From positions 26,710,798 through 26,774,797 of the forward strand of contig OZ316893.1 in the NCBI GenBank assembly GCA_973895155.1: a stretch of DNA of 64,000 nt, read 5' to 3'. The notes beneath the pieces are model-generated. The model had not been told where the DNA came from. It worked only from the letters and a program-made list of their open reading frames with translations, and did no database searches. Positions 13,031 through 24,270 of the stretch are shown here, one piece after another (the stretch's first letter is position 1; the number at the start of each line of letters is the position of its first letter). Origin of the DNA: Marsupella aquatica (Eukaryota > Plantae > Marchantiophyta). The position numbers and the translations under genes were made by a program.

Positions 13031-13329
13031 ATCTGAAGGAGGAGTCCATGTAACGGGTGCGCTCAAGATTGGGGCTATTGGTTGGCCATTGTGCTGCCCA
13101 AGATCCTCAAATTTGCGCAATGCAGCCACCAAAGGTCCATGGGCTGCTTGGAGCCATTGTACCACCTCTGGTTGATGATCCACGTTGCTGGAAAGTGCTG
13201 CTATACGTGCAGTAGCATGTGCAGTAGCCACCTCATCATCATCCTCCTCAATCCAATCCTGCAATGGGTGGTTGACATAGGTAGCTATGTGCACTGCTTT
13301 CAACACACAGTGGTGAGCCATAGGTGTAT

Positions 13330-13720
13330 GGGCACCATGCAAATCAAGTGGAATGTAGCCCAAGTGTGAGCCATCCGTATGCCAATCAACTCTGTAATAT
13401 GCATGCTCATGCCAATTGTCAATGGTAAAACCTGGTGGGAACAAAGCCTCCTGGTCAATGAGCACATCATACGTAGTGGCATTGGTAACCAAACATCTGA
13501 CTGGGAAATGCAATTCCTGATCTGTACCTCCATTAAAAGTGAGAGTGAGTAAAGTAGAACTCTCATCCAGCACATCCTCCACAGTGCCACTAGCAGTCCG
13601 AATATGCCACCTGGATTGCTGTAAATGATCAGTCAGCAGTCTCATCTTCTTGGCAAACTGAATGCCCAATATCACTGGTTGAGCGTCTGTGTCCAGCATG
13701 ACCACCTGAGGAGTGTGACC
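13330..13720 (-). pseudogene. Retropepsin-like aspartic protease domain
   Basis: VMLDTDAQPVI (DTG motif mutated to DTD), IRTASG and YDVLIDQ (ILG-like motif). Confidence 0.75.
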
Positions 13721-14889
13721 CTCCAACTTGACCGCTGAATTCCTGTTGTCAACAATGGCAATGGTGGTGGAAACTGAAGTCCTGTCGCTAGGCACCACTT
13801 TTGGCAAATGATGAGGTACCTTGTGAAGGGAGTTAGTATCCACGGTCTTTCCACTCAACAGCATAGTCAGGAAAGATGGAGCAACATGACCAGAATCCAG
13901 TGTAGCTCTGGTCACACAATCTACAGCAATACTGTCATCTCTACCACTGGAAATTGGTACTGGGATAGCCAAACCAGTGGAAGCATGTAATGGAGAAGAA
14001 GAAGATCCAGTATGTACATGAGATTGGATCTCCAAAACCGGTGTCACAGGGGCTGATGAAGAATGGAGTGAGCCCTCTAGCGCTCTGATGATAGCTCTAG
14101 CATCCAGCTGTAAATTATGGCAGCTGAAAAGTGGAGTGGTAAGAATCCTTCGTGTCATACCGAAGGTGAAATGCTCAAGCAGCTCAGGAGAAACAACTCC
14201 TTGTGAAATGTCAGCAGCACTTGGTGGTGGAATGGATGTAGCTGCAGCTCCCTCCCCCCTCGCCAACAAGGTGCACTCTTCAGCAAGGGTAAGTGGCTGA
14301 AAAGATTGGGGCATGACAGCCCGAGCTCCCCTGGCTCTAGTCATAGGACCAGCAGCAAGACCATCAGCCTCTACAATGCGGCGTGTGGGAGCAATACGGG
14401 AGGCAGCACTGGCCTGCTGGTAAGCAAAATAGGAAGGGCAGAATGAATCTGAAAAGTTTGCTGTAAGGCCAGGCTGTGGAGTAGAGGACAGCACACACTC
14501 ACCCATATGAGCATCAAATGGCAAGCCATAGAAAGAGCGGGGTAGAGGTGCTGAACTGTCAGTGGTGCCTGGGCCAAGGATGGGTTGCACGTGACCAGCC
14601 GGTTGAGAAGGACCAGCAGAGGCAGTTGACTTGCCTTTGATGTTGGCAAGTTGGGCACGTAGGGACTCAACCTCATGAGTCAGAGACTGGAGTGGAGTTG
14701 CCTGGGCGTTGTGAGTCTCCTTTGGAGCTGGTTGCTTCTGTTGCTGCTTGGGCGGTTTGTTAGCACTGGGTGCTTTGCCACTAGAAGGAGGAGCAACTGA
14801 TGCAGTAGGAGCCCTCCTAGCTGGTGGGGGAGTGGAAGCAGGAGTAGGATGAGGGGCCTGCTGTTGTAGCTGTTTCCGCTCTGGGAATT

Positions 14890-15934
14890 TGGCAAAATAA
14901 ACGGCCTCCAAGTGACCCACTTTCCCGCAGAAATCACAAGATAGGTCCTCAGCCACAATATCACATGCATTAGCCTTGTGATTGGGGTTACCATAGTAGT
15001 TGCAAGATGGCAGCATGAAAGCAGCATGTGTTGGCTTGGTCTTGGAACCATACTATGGTACACGGAAAGGAGTGGCCAGTGTAGGGGCAGCAACCTGGTA
15101 CATGGATCGCGATGGACGTGCAATACTGGCCTCATAATGTGCATGGGCCAACTCAAGTTTCTCAGTAGTGTCATAGACATTGAGCAGGGTGTAGCTGTCT
15201 CCAAACTCTGAGAATACTTGTTGCAACACTTGCGAATGGAGAGCTGGTGTGCCCTCCAATGCGCGAAGATAGCGATGAGCAGCTTCCAGGTCAGTGATGC
15301 TTTGGGTGTCCTCCTTCAGCTTGAGAAGCCGACGATACATCATCTTCAAGGTTTCATCGCGCTGCCTCACAAAGGTGGCCAATTGCATGATTTTGTCAGC
15401 ACTCTTGATGGGGAATTCCAATTCAAGAACCTGGAAAAACTCAGCCACTGGATCAGCAAAGGCAGGAGAATCAATGGTGGGAGAAATGCCTGATGTAGCC
15501 TGTGCCAAGATAGTGGGAGTAACTGGTGCAGTGGTGGGAACTGGAGTAGGAGGGGAAGTGGCAGGAGCAGCAGCATGGGCTGCAATGGCATTCTGTAATG
15601 CCAATTGTGAGGCAGCCGCAATTGCAGTGGCATAGGCAGGGTTAGGCAATTGTGTGATAGCAAGCAACCGTTGAGAGTGCTGCTCATACACATCCAAAGC
15701 CTCGTGGTGCACATACCTGGCTAGCTGCTTAAATGCAAAAGCATTTGTGAAATTGCTGTCGTACTTCAACTCCAATTCGTAAACGACAGTGTAGAAAGTG
15801 GATTTGAACTCACGCAAAGAAACAGTGCCTGGCCGCCCACTGAAGCGTTCAATGCGGCCAGATGAGTGGCTAGCATCCATGCTGTAAGTCGGTGAAGCTG
15901 GAACAACCACTGATGTAGAAGGGGTAAATGGCAA
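14890..15934 (-). pseudogene. Gag region with two degenerate CCHC zinc knuckles
   Basis: ORF 15053-15934 is in frame with ORF 12452-15016 across a single TAG. The knuckles CNY(Y)GNPNHKANAC and CDFCGKVGHLEAV(Y) each show a C>Y change. The Gag call rests on position and the knuckles. Confidence 0.7.
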
Positions 15935-16599
15935 GGAAGTGATAGCAGGCTTCGGGTTAGTGGTAAAGCGACCGCCAAATTGAGCAGAAGGATTGCTTGG
16001 TGTGGGTGCTGTTGTTTGCGGACGTCATCGAAATTGCCGAGACTCCAATGAAATTGGCACCAATGGTCGTGGATCACTCCGTAAATGGTACCTGGGTGTC
16101 GGTGGTGATGTGCTGCTACCTCCTGGCTCGTCGGCTGACATGTTGCATGCTCACCCGGGGTGCCAATGGGAAAGAAATTGACAAGAAAAAGAATGGCAGC
16201 CCCAAGGCTAAGAAATAAAACCCACAAAGGAAACAAACGGTGCGAGGCAGAAATGTGTCGAATGTGTAAACACACAGAAAAACCGTCGGCAAAGAAAGGA
16301 TCCTTAAAAACTCCGGAAAGGCCTAATGTTGGTAGCAATAAAGAAATCCGGGAAAAGAAAATAGAAGTGGCCCCCCTTTAAGTCTATGCATCGGGCCCTT
16401 GTGGACCCAGAAACTGGCAGCCGGCCGGCCGATTGTGTAAACACACTCTGGGCCCGACGCCCTATGCACAGGCAGCCTGTGGAGGCCCTATGCAGGTCAT
16501 TGTGAGGCGGAAGAAAAGACGACTGCTGAAAAGAAAAGAGAGGCGGATTACGAGGCGGAACGGAGGCGAGGCAAAAGAAACCGGGCCAAACCGGGCCCT

Positions 16600-17110
16600 C
16601 TTAATGGCATGAGCCCTCCCATAGGGCTTTGTGCCCCACCTTAAGAGCTTCCGAAGGGAAGCTACGAGCTCCCCCTCCCCTCCTTAATGAAATTGGGCCT
16701 CGTGCCCTGGTGACAGTATTCCCGAAGGGAAGGGAGTCGAGTGTACTCCCCCTCCTCCCTTTAATTCACCATAGGGCCTCGTGCCCTCCTTGCGCTTCAA
16801 CTCCCCCTCCTCCTTGCTGTCACTTATGCTTGCTTGCCCTCCCCCTACTTTAATGTTGCTTAGGGCCTCGTGCCCTCTCCTGGCACTCTCGCTCCCCCTT
16901 TAATGCTGCTGAAAGTGGGCTCTGTGCCCTGCAGGACGACTCCCGAGAGAGGGAGTGGAATGTACTCCCCCTCCCCCTCTACTTTAAAGTTGCCGATGGC
17001 CTCGTGCCCTCCTTTCACTTCCCCTCCCCTCCGCGTGCTTGGCAAGACTCCCGAGGGGAGTCGATTTGAACTCCCCTCCCTCTTTAATTCTGCATAGGCC
17101 TCTGTGCCTT
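16600..17110 (-). repeat. Array of ~7 degenerate units in the retroelement 5' leader, each with a C-rich tract, TTAAT and an AGGGC-N5-GCCCT stem-loop
   Basis: ttaat...gggcctcgtgccct or close variants at ~16601, 16685, 16761, 16850, 16900, 16984 and 17084. Several units also contain GGGAGT..ACTCCC hairpins. Confidence 0.7.
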
Positions 17111-20100
17111 CTCCTCTTGGCTCCCGGCTTGTGCTCGCTGCCCCTCCAAAGAGTCGTTAAAACATAAGGCGAAGGGAAAGAAAATGAGGGGAAGAAACGG
17201 GCGCGCGGCCCTATGCACTCGGAAGGTATGGCTGAGGCAGCCGGAGGTGATCGTGCGGTAGTCGAGGCAGCGGGGAGGTGGTCGCGCTACGGCCGAGGCA
17301 GGATGGCAGCCGTGGCCGGCAAAAGAAACACCCAAAAAAATGGCCCGAAAAAGGGTCGTGGCAGGCGTTGAAGCAGCAGTTGGCAGCGGCCGGAAACGGA
17401 AAACCCTGAAAGCATAGCGCGAAGGAAAAGAGTGAGGGGGGAGGACCTGTTTGACTTAAGTGTATATACTTAAGTGTATACACAAAAGCCATAACTTCCA
17501 CCCCATTGCTCAACGTTTTTCCATAGAAATTGCACCGGCATCAGCGGAAAAGCGTCAACTGTCTCGAGCAATTGAGAAGCACAGCGTCTTCGATCTTCTT
17601 CCCTTCACCGCTAACCCGGCGACAAAGTTCTTCTTGAATAAAAGGCGTGATAGAAACAAGTGTACTGAAATCGAATTGAAAACCGGCGGGATGCCAAGAT
17701 CGGTCGGGAGCATCTAACGAATCACTGTGTGAATCCCGTGTACGGAACTGACGAGCACTGTCTGAGCTCTGTCGATAGCGATTCAAGAAGAACTGAAAAA
17801 CCGACAAAGAAAGACATGCCCTAAGTAGATCAAGTCAAGGCGTCACACTAACAAACACGTTTTGCTTCAAGAACGGTCCAGACTTACTACAAGAACATGA
17901 CACTAACTCAAGTAGTACACTAGCCCTAACTACATACCTAGCGGGCATGTGAGGACATGTCGATGTGCACAAGCGGCACTGTCCCTCGGCATGACAAAGC
18001 CTAGATCCCAACTCTAGCTTCCCTTTGCCCTTTATAAGTAATATTTATGTCATCTTAGTAAAATGTATATATTTTTAGATCTCATGTAAAGATTAGGGAT
18101 CTTATTTAACCAAAGGTTTGGGATGGAGATCCCATGTGAGCTGATACTCACAATGGTTTAGAGGAAAAAGTAAACAAAACAAGGTTATTTGTGGATGGGA
18201 ATCAAGGGGAGAATAGAAGCCAGTCCAGGAGTGATGCTAAACAACAGATCACCTGGTACTTTTTTTAACAGTCCAGGTTGGTCCATGCCATCAAAACAAA
18301 CTTAGGTACTCAACCCAATAAAACACATTTTTCATGTGAGAGCGGCTTCCCAAGTGGTTTACAGGTATGAGGATTACCTACACTAGGTGGGTTCAGTAGG
18401 GTGTATCAATATTCCCGTAACCAAAGTGTTACGACTTTTATTTTCTGGACATACCACCTTTATGGGGTACTTATTTTGGTAGTCCATAAGGATTATGTCC
18501 TGGTCGTAAGAATATTTTATGTCCCTAGCCGTAACTCAGTTATAGCTGTGCTTTGACATGCCCTAGTGACTCAAAAACCAACTTGGCATTACACGTCAGT
18601 GTAAAACGCCTATCTCTTCATAGGAGGCCACATGAGCAAGTAAGGAGAAAAGATGACTATCCAGTTCCTCTGTACCAAAGCAAAGGCAATTTGACCTCAT
18701 AGACTCCCTCTCAAAGTGGGCCCTGCCAATGTATCCACCAACATAATCATTGAAATTGTAACCACACAAGGAGTTGCAGGCATCTTGTGCATTGTTTGCG
18801 ATGAATCAGCAGCAAACCACTTTTATGGTCGTTGCTTCGCAGCTTGGGGACATAAACCTCTCATGATTTATCAGCGCTCCTAGTAGCAATCAACCAATGT
18901 GGCAGCAACTTTCAATTGTCGCACGTTCTGTGTGGATGGCATCGACTAGTTATGCCTAAAACATCAGTGTCAAGTGGTCATTCCAGAATGCATTGCTGGA
19001 AGCAAGTAATGGCCCTCGAGTAATGGCCCTCGAGTCACGTTGATACAATTATATCGCTTTTCAACTATAGTAGGTGCCCACTACAAACACATCTACCGTA
19101 AATAAAATCAACACTCCCAAGTCTGAAACCATGGCACTAACATGGCTCTTCCTTAAACCCTAAACCCCAAACCCTTTTCCCAACCAAGGCCCAGCACCAG
19201 CATCCACAGCTCTATTTGGAGAATGGACAAGGAGTAGTTATTTGTAACATCATCAGGAGTGTATGGGCATGGAAATCACCTCTCCTTGATTTTGTCTTCA
19301 AAAATATTTTTGTTCACAAACAGAATTCTAAGTACTTTTAGATCCTAGGAATTGAGATCCTAGGAATTGCTACTAGTTGATAGTTGCATTCAAAATCTCC
19401 AAACTTGATGTGGAAAGTACTTGCATTTGATCTTCGTTGTAGACTTTCAAAACTTTTTGTAATTTTTTAATTGCATGTAAGTCATTTGGTGACTTACAAA
19501 AGGATATCACTGAAGTTTTACAGTGAATGCCATTGGATGTCACCCGACATTTACAAAGAATGTTTGTGAGCGGTGTCCAAACTTGTTATATAGGGAACTT
19601 TCAAGAGACCCTCAACCATTTGATAAAAGACACCCTTCAAAAGTGCCCAAGTCTAATGCACATTATATGTTTTTGGTCCAAAGCTTCTATTTATTTGGAA
19701 ATCTTATAAAACACCAGTTGAGCTAGAAATTTGTCAGGATGATCTTTGAAGGATAATCTACTTGTTGGCAAAGTTTTAGACTTGTTGGAGTTGGTTTACT
19801 TGGTTTTTGATCAGGTCTATGTTACTTTATTGTTATATTTGCATTTAATTATATCAAGTTTTAATTAGTTCTACTTTGTTTTACATATTAGTTTTCTTTG
19901 GAGTATGAGGAGGTATGTCTTTTCATCTTTCCAAGGATGTCCTTAATATTTATTTTAGTTAGTTTTTGGTTTTTAAGGAGTGAAAAGTTACACCTTTTCA
20001 TTCCTTATTGGACCATCCTTGTTTGAGGCATTATATAAGGAAGGGTGATACACTCGTCAGGTAAATTAGTTCTTGCATATCTTAGCCAAAGAGGTTTTCC

Positions 20101-21399
20101 CTTTGACACTGATTATGGAGATATTTAAGACATATTTTGAATGTCGCTCCTTAGGTGAAGAAAAGAAGACTAACTTCCTTCTATATTAGATTCCATGTGG
20201 ATTTTGTATATGGAAGTAAAACTACATGAATACCTGTGATTTGTATGTTGGATCATAGATAGCAATGGCTTGAGATCCAATATATGAAACTTTTTCCTTA
20301 TGCAACTCTAGAGTTGTCCAAAATATCTTTGACCATGTATGATTGGTAAGAATTTGTGGAAATCTAGAGGGGAATTCATTTCAAGCTTTTTAGGGTAAAA
20401 GCTTATTCTCATGAGTTTTAGTACCGCCATTGGCAAACAAAACCTAGTAGCATTCATACCAAGTTGTGCATCGCCAGAGTATGCATATTGAATCCTGTTG
20501 CCGACAATTTACTAGTTGGGGCTGCGCACAATGTCCAGGAAGATCTTTGTGGGCTTGGTGAACTAATACTAGAAGGAGAAGAAACGAGAGTATAAATTTG
20601 GGAAGCAGTCAGACAAGGGTTTTGTGTACTTTTTAACATCTTAAAATGGCCATATCCTTTCATAAGCTATGGTGATGGAGGTAACATAGTGCTGAAGCCT
20701 AATTTTAAAAGTCCTAAAGTTATATTCTATGAAGGAGGATTATATTTCCTTGTCTTTTGTGAATTGCGCATTTTGGTTTCAAATGTGTAAGAGGTTGAGT
20801 TTCCTCGTTAAATCACTCATTTGTGTCAAAACACTCCATTCCCATTCTGTTTTGCTCTTTAGGAGAATGAATTCTGAGGTTTTACTTTTATTTTATATGC
20901 ATTTTATGCATTGACTCTATACCACATGAGGCTTTAGCCTACGAGTCATATTTTGTTGCGCTTCCTTGGCAAGCAGAGATTCATACCAGGCCTTCAATTA
21001 TTTTAAAGCTTGTGTTGCTAGAGTTGGACGATACAAAATTGTATTGTAGGCCTTCTTGAGGATGCATTGAAACTCCTCTAGTGCAGGGGAGACTGAAACT
21101 AAATCAGTCTAAGGATGTTCTTCATCCCAGAATTCTTCATCATTGAATTGGAGCATTACATCACCAACCTCTTAAATTGGTGGCAGGTCCCCACTCTACA
21201 CTTTGAAGTGGAGATCCAGGCCCCCAAAAAAGGTACCCATCTTGGTACCAAGTTGTGTGAGAAGATCCAAATCAGTGATGGTTTGGGTCACCAAGAGAAC
21301 CTTAATCTACATTATGTAACGCGATGTAGGTGAGAATCGTCAGCATTTTGAGCACCCTTTATTGTCAAAACTTTTATCAAAGGAGGTGGATGTCATTGG

Positions 21400-24270
21400 A
21401 GTGAATTAGAATACAATTATCTGGTACTTGCAAGCATTCCCCTTCATTGAGTACCCACAAGCACATGAGCATGAGTTGTTGTTCCAATTTCTCTTACATA
21501 CTTTTGATAGAAGCACACCACGCGAGTCGATCCACATTCTAAAAGAGTGACAAAATTGTATGGGTTTTGCTTGGCTCAGTTTAGGCATTTGTGGACATGT
21601 AGCTCCATAGGCTTGTTCCTCAACTTGCCCTGGAATTTATCCGCCAACATGCACCAATAATGATTCTCAATAGCTTTCAGCCTTTCTATTAGCCATGGAA
21701 TAGACCTGCATTGATGCTGCTCTTGTCAGCTTTCAATTCTACCTTGAGAGTGTGACGCAACCGTTGAATTCCGCCATTTGTATTATGGTTAGCATGTCTA
21801 TACACTCGTAACTTCACAGCCCAACATGCCAATTTTTATGTCATTCTCTTTTGTAATAGGCTACAAAAGACGGTTGCATACCCTTCCACCACTCCATGAA
21901 GGCTTTGGATTCTACTGTGAGATCTGCATCTGAAACATGTAAGACATTCATGTATTAACAAATTGAAGTAAAACAGTGATAATATTGTTCATAGGTACGG
22001 TAACAATTATAAAACTCACTTGTTTTATCAAAATACAGTAAGGCCTTGAGCTCTGCGTTGATCTAGGCCTTTGCAAATGGGCTGAAAACCTTCCAAATTA
22101 TATTTTTGGTCCGGGCCTTCTCACATGCCAGCTAGAAAACGTGATAGGCACATTCAGGAAGATGTTCCTATGGCAATGAACATGTACATATCAGAGCAAC
22201 AACTTTTCATAGCATTACGATGTGCACATAAGGTGAGATGCAGGCAATGCTATGAGATTGTGTTACGTAAGCAAGTTGCGCCTGAGCTTACTTGATGGCA
22301 ATTTGATCCTCATCAACAACGTCGATAATCCAACAATTTGGCTTCTAGGGACCACGTTGGTCCACTTCATTCCTCTTGCAATTCACCTCATCTTTCACTG
22401 CTACCAAGACCTTTGTGACATGTACTTCTTTATATGTTTGAAGGATAGCAAAGACTACATGGATGGCATTTTGAAACTTGTTGAAGACAACAACAGTGTA
22501 AAAGGGGATATGCGCACAACATCATTGAATAATGATTCAATTAGATGAAGTCTAAATATATGCATTCAAATAAATTTGTGAATTATGCATACAGGATGTT
22601 GAAGCAAATGACAAAATTATGGCAGTGCAGGTGTTCATCCATATGTACCCCGCAATGGTTAGTCCCAAATGTCAAAGCCCATCGCACCGTTGTGTCCTAG
22701 TATAGCCAATTGCTTCATCTGCCATTTTGTAGACCATGCCAAGATGAATGGTTGCTCCTCATCTTTAACTGGGGCTGGTAGAAGAGGACATCATTTGAGT
22801 TTTGAAGGATGCAATTTTGAACACTAGCGGCATTGTCAGTTGTATAGAATGGTTGCCTCCAGCGCATTGATTTCCTCATTGTCCAAATATCTTTTGGTGT
22901 TAACTGCATGTCTCTACTGAAGATTAGATTTGCATCAGAATCGGGGTGCTCTTTTTGCCATTTTAGAGCAACCTGGTCAAAGTGTACCCATATGATAGCC
23001 TTTGGTGACATGTCCGCTCTCAAGTATCTCTCAATTTTAGCCCTCAATTTTAACAAAATATGTGGAGAAATATGATAGTTTGATGCGTATGAAGAGGCAT
23101 TGTTCAAGCCATGGCAAATATGGTCATTCTTGTCCTCGTGCTCCCTATGTAGCCAACATAGTGGATGGCATCCTGATGCTGAAGAAAATGGGTTGCAGTG
23201 AAGTTACAACGACAACCTCGCTTGATGGAGTGCCCTGATAATGGAATACACAATCATGTGTCGTACCCGACTATTTCATATGCCATTGAATTCCATTTAC
23301 CAAGCAAATAGCAGATACAGGTCAAGTACTACGCAATCATAGACTTTCAGCGGAGTGGGTATGGCCCGTCCAATGCCATTTACTTCAATTCTCCAAGCAA
23401 ATTGCAAAAACATTGTCCTCTTGGGAACTTACTACGCAAATTGCACACTTTCAGTAGAGTGGTATGGCAAAGACACTGATATTTGTGTTTTGATGCCCGT
23501 GCATATGCAAATGTCAGGAATCATCATAACATGAGTTGCATGGGCAATAGTCACAATTGATTGTCTCAGATTTGACCTGTGATTGTTTTCTTCTTCAAGT
23601 AGACGTCACCTTCTTTTGGCTTCAAGTTTTCTCGCACTTTGTTGCCCATGACATGCTTCCAATGCCGCTTGTCTTTGGGGCCAAGGCAACAATTGTACCA
23701 AAATATAGTCTTCTCAAGGGCCCCAGATCTGTTAATCTTATGATCAACTAATTGTCTTACTAAGAATTGCATATGGAATAATACCCTCATGTTTTCTCCC
23801 CACATGAAGTCTTTTGGAATCCAGGCAGAGTCAGACCTACTCCCAAACCATTGCAAGGCACTCGCATCAAATTCACCAAGCTAGAGGAGGATATTGAAGT
23901 TTGTTGCATTAACTATTTTATGGAAGCACTTCTTAATGTCAGGAATCGGGTGATCACAATGATTCCGAGGCTTGTTCAGGTCTTGTTGTACATGCATTTC
24001 CCCACCGCTTCAGTACCAGTCTTTGCATCATCCTCTCGTAGTGGTAATTCCTCCAAAATGCCGTCGCTGTTTGGAACTGAACCCACCTGTGTTCCATTGG
24101 ACAGAGCATGCACACTGTCCTCCATTAAGCATGTGATCGGGTTTGGCCAGTTCGGAAGACCAAGCTTCAATGCAGCGATCCTTTGCCTCAGCTCATCCAA
24201 GTCCATCACTACGGCCAAATCAAATTCAGGTTCAAAATCTTGTTCTGCATCTCCCGTTCAATTGGTTGTC
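21400..24270 (-). pseudogene. Decayed Mutator-like (MULE) transposase with SWIM zinc finger
   Basis: Fragments with stops and frameshifts: YNCCLGPKD, FSRDMQLTPKDI, DVLFYQPQ..PFILAWSTKWQ..LGHNGAMGFD/TFGTN (first catalytic D), WIIDVVDEDQIAI (second D), LKAIENHY (E region) and SWIM-like CSCACGYSMKGNACKYQI. Confidence 0.7.

Larger units (their letters stand above)
8556..17996 (-). mobile_element. Full-length Ty3/Gypsy-type retroelement carrying a DNMT3-like methyltransferase and a PHD finger; no LTRs detected
   Basis: Domain order is Gag-PR-(DNMT)-RT-RH-IN. TSD AAGC at 8552-8555 and 17997-18000. On the minus strand the 5' end is TGTCATG and the 3' end is TGTCACGATA. Removing the element restores ttcactctagAAGCctagatcccaactctag, which matches the adjacent intact tandem unit at 8439-8469. 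Confidence 0.9.
8213..18135. mobile_element. Short non-autonomous TIR element (MITE-like, ~480 bp) split by the retroelement insertion
   Basis: Imperfect ~38-bp inverted repeats at 8221-8257 (ggatgtccatccaaacctttgaatagaatgagatccc) and 18096-18133 (reverse complement gggatctccatcccaaacctttggttaaataagatccc). It has an internal ~100-bp tandem duplication: unit 1 at 8439-8540, unit 2 at 8541-8555 plus 17997-18087. Confidence 0.6.

Noticed and set aside
15053-15055. Programmed gag-pol stop-codon read-through
   Set aside because: Cannot be excluded, but two other in-frame TAGs in the element look like CAG>TAG decay, so mutation is the simpler explanation.
9326-16381. Many antisense and alternate-frame ORFs over the retroelement
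   Set aside because: Shadows of the real polyprotein frame with no motifs.
8448-18087. ~90-bp direct repeats at 8448-8540 and 17997-18087 as the retroelement's LTRs
   Set aside because: They lie outside the AAGC TSD, lack TG..CA ends, and are explained as a pre-existing tandem duplication whose second unit was split by the insertion.
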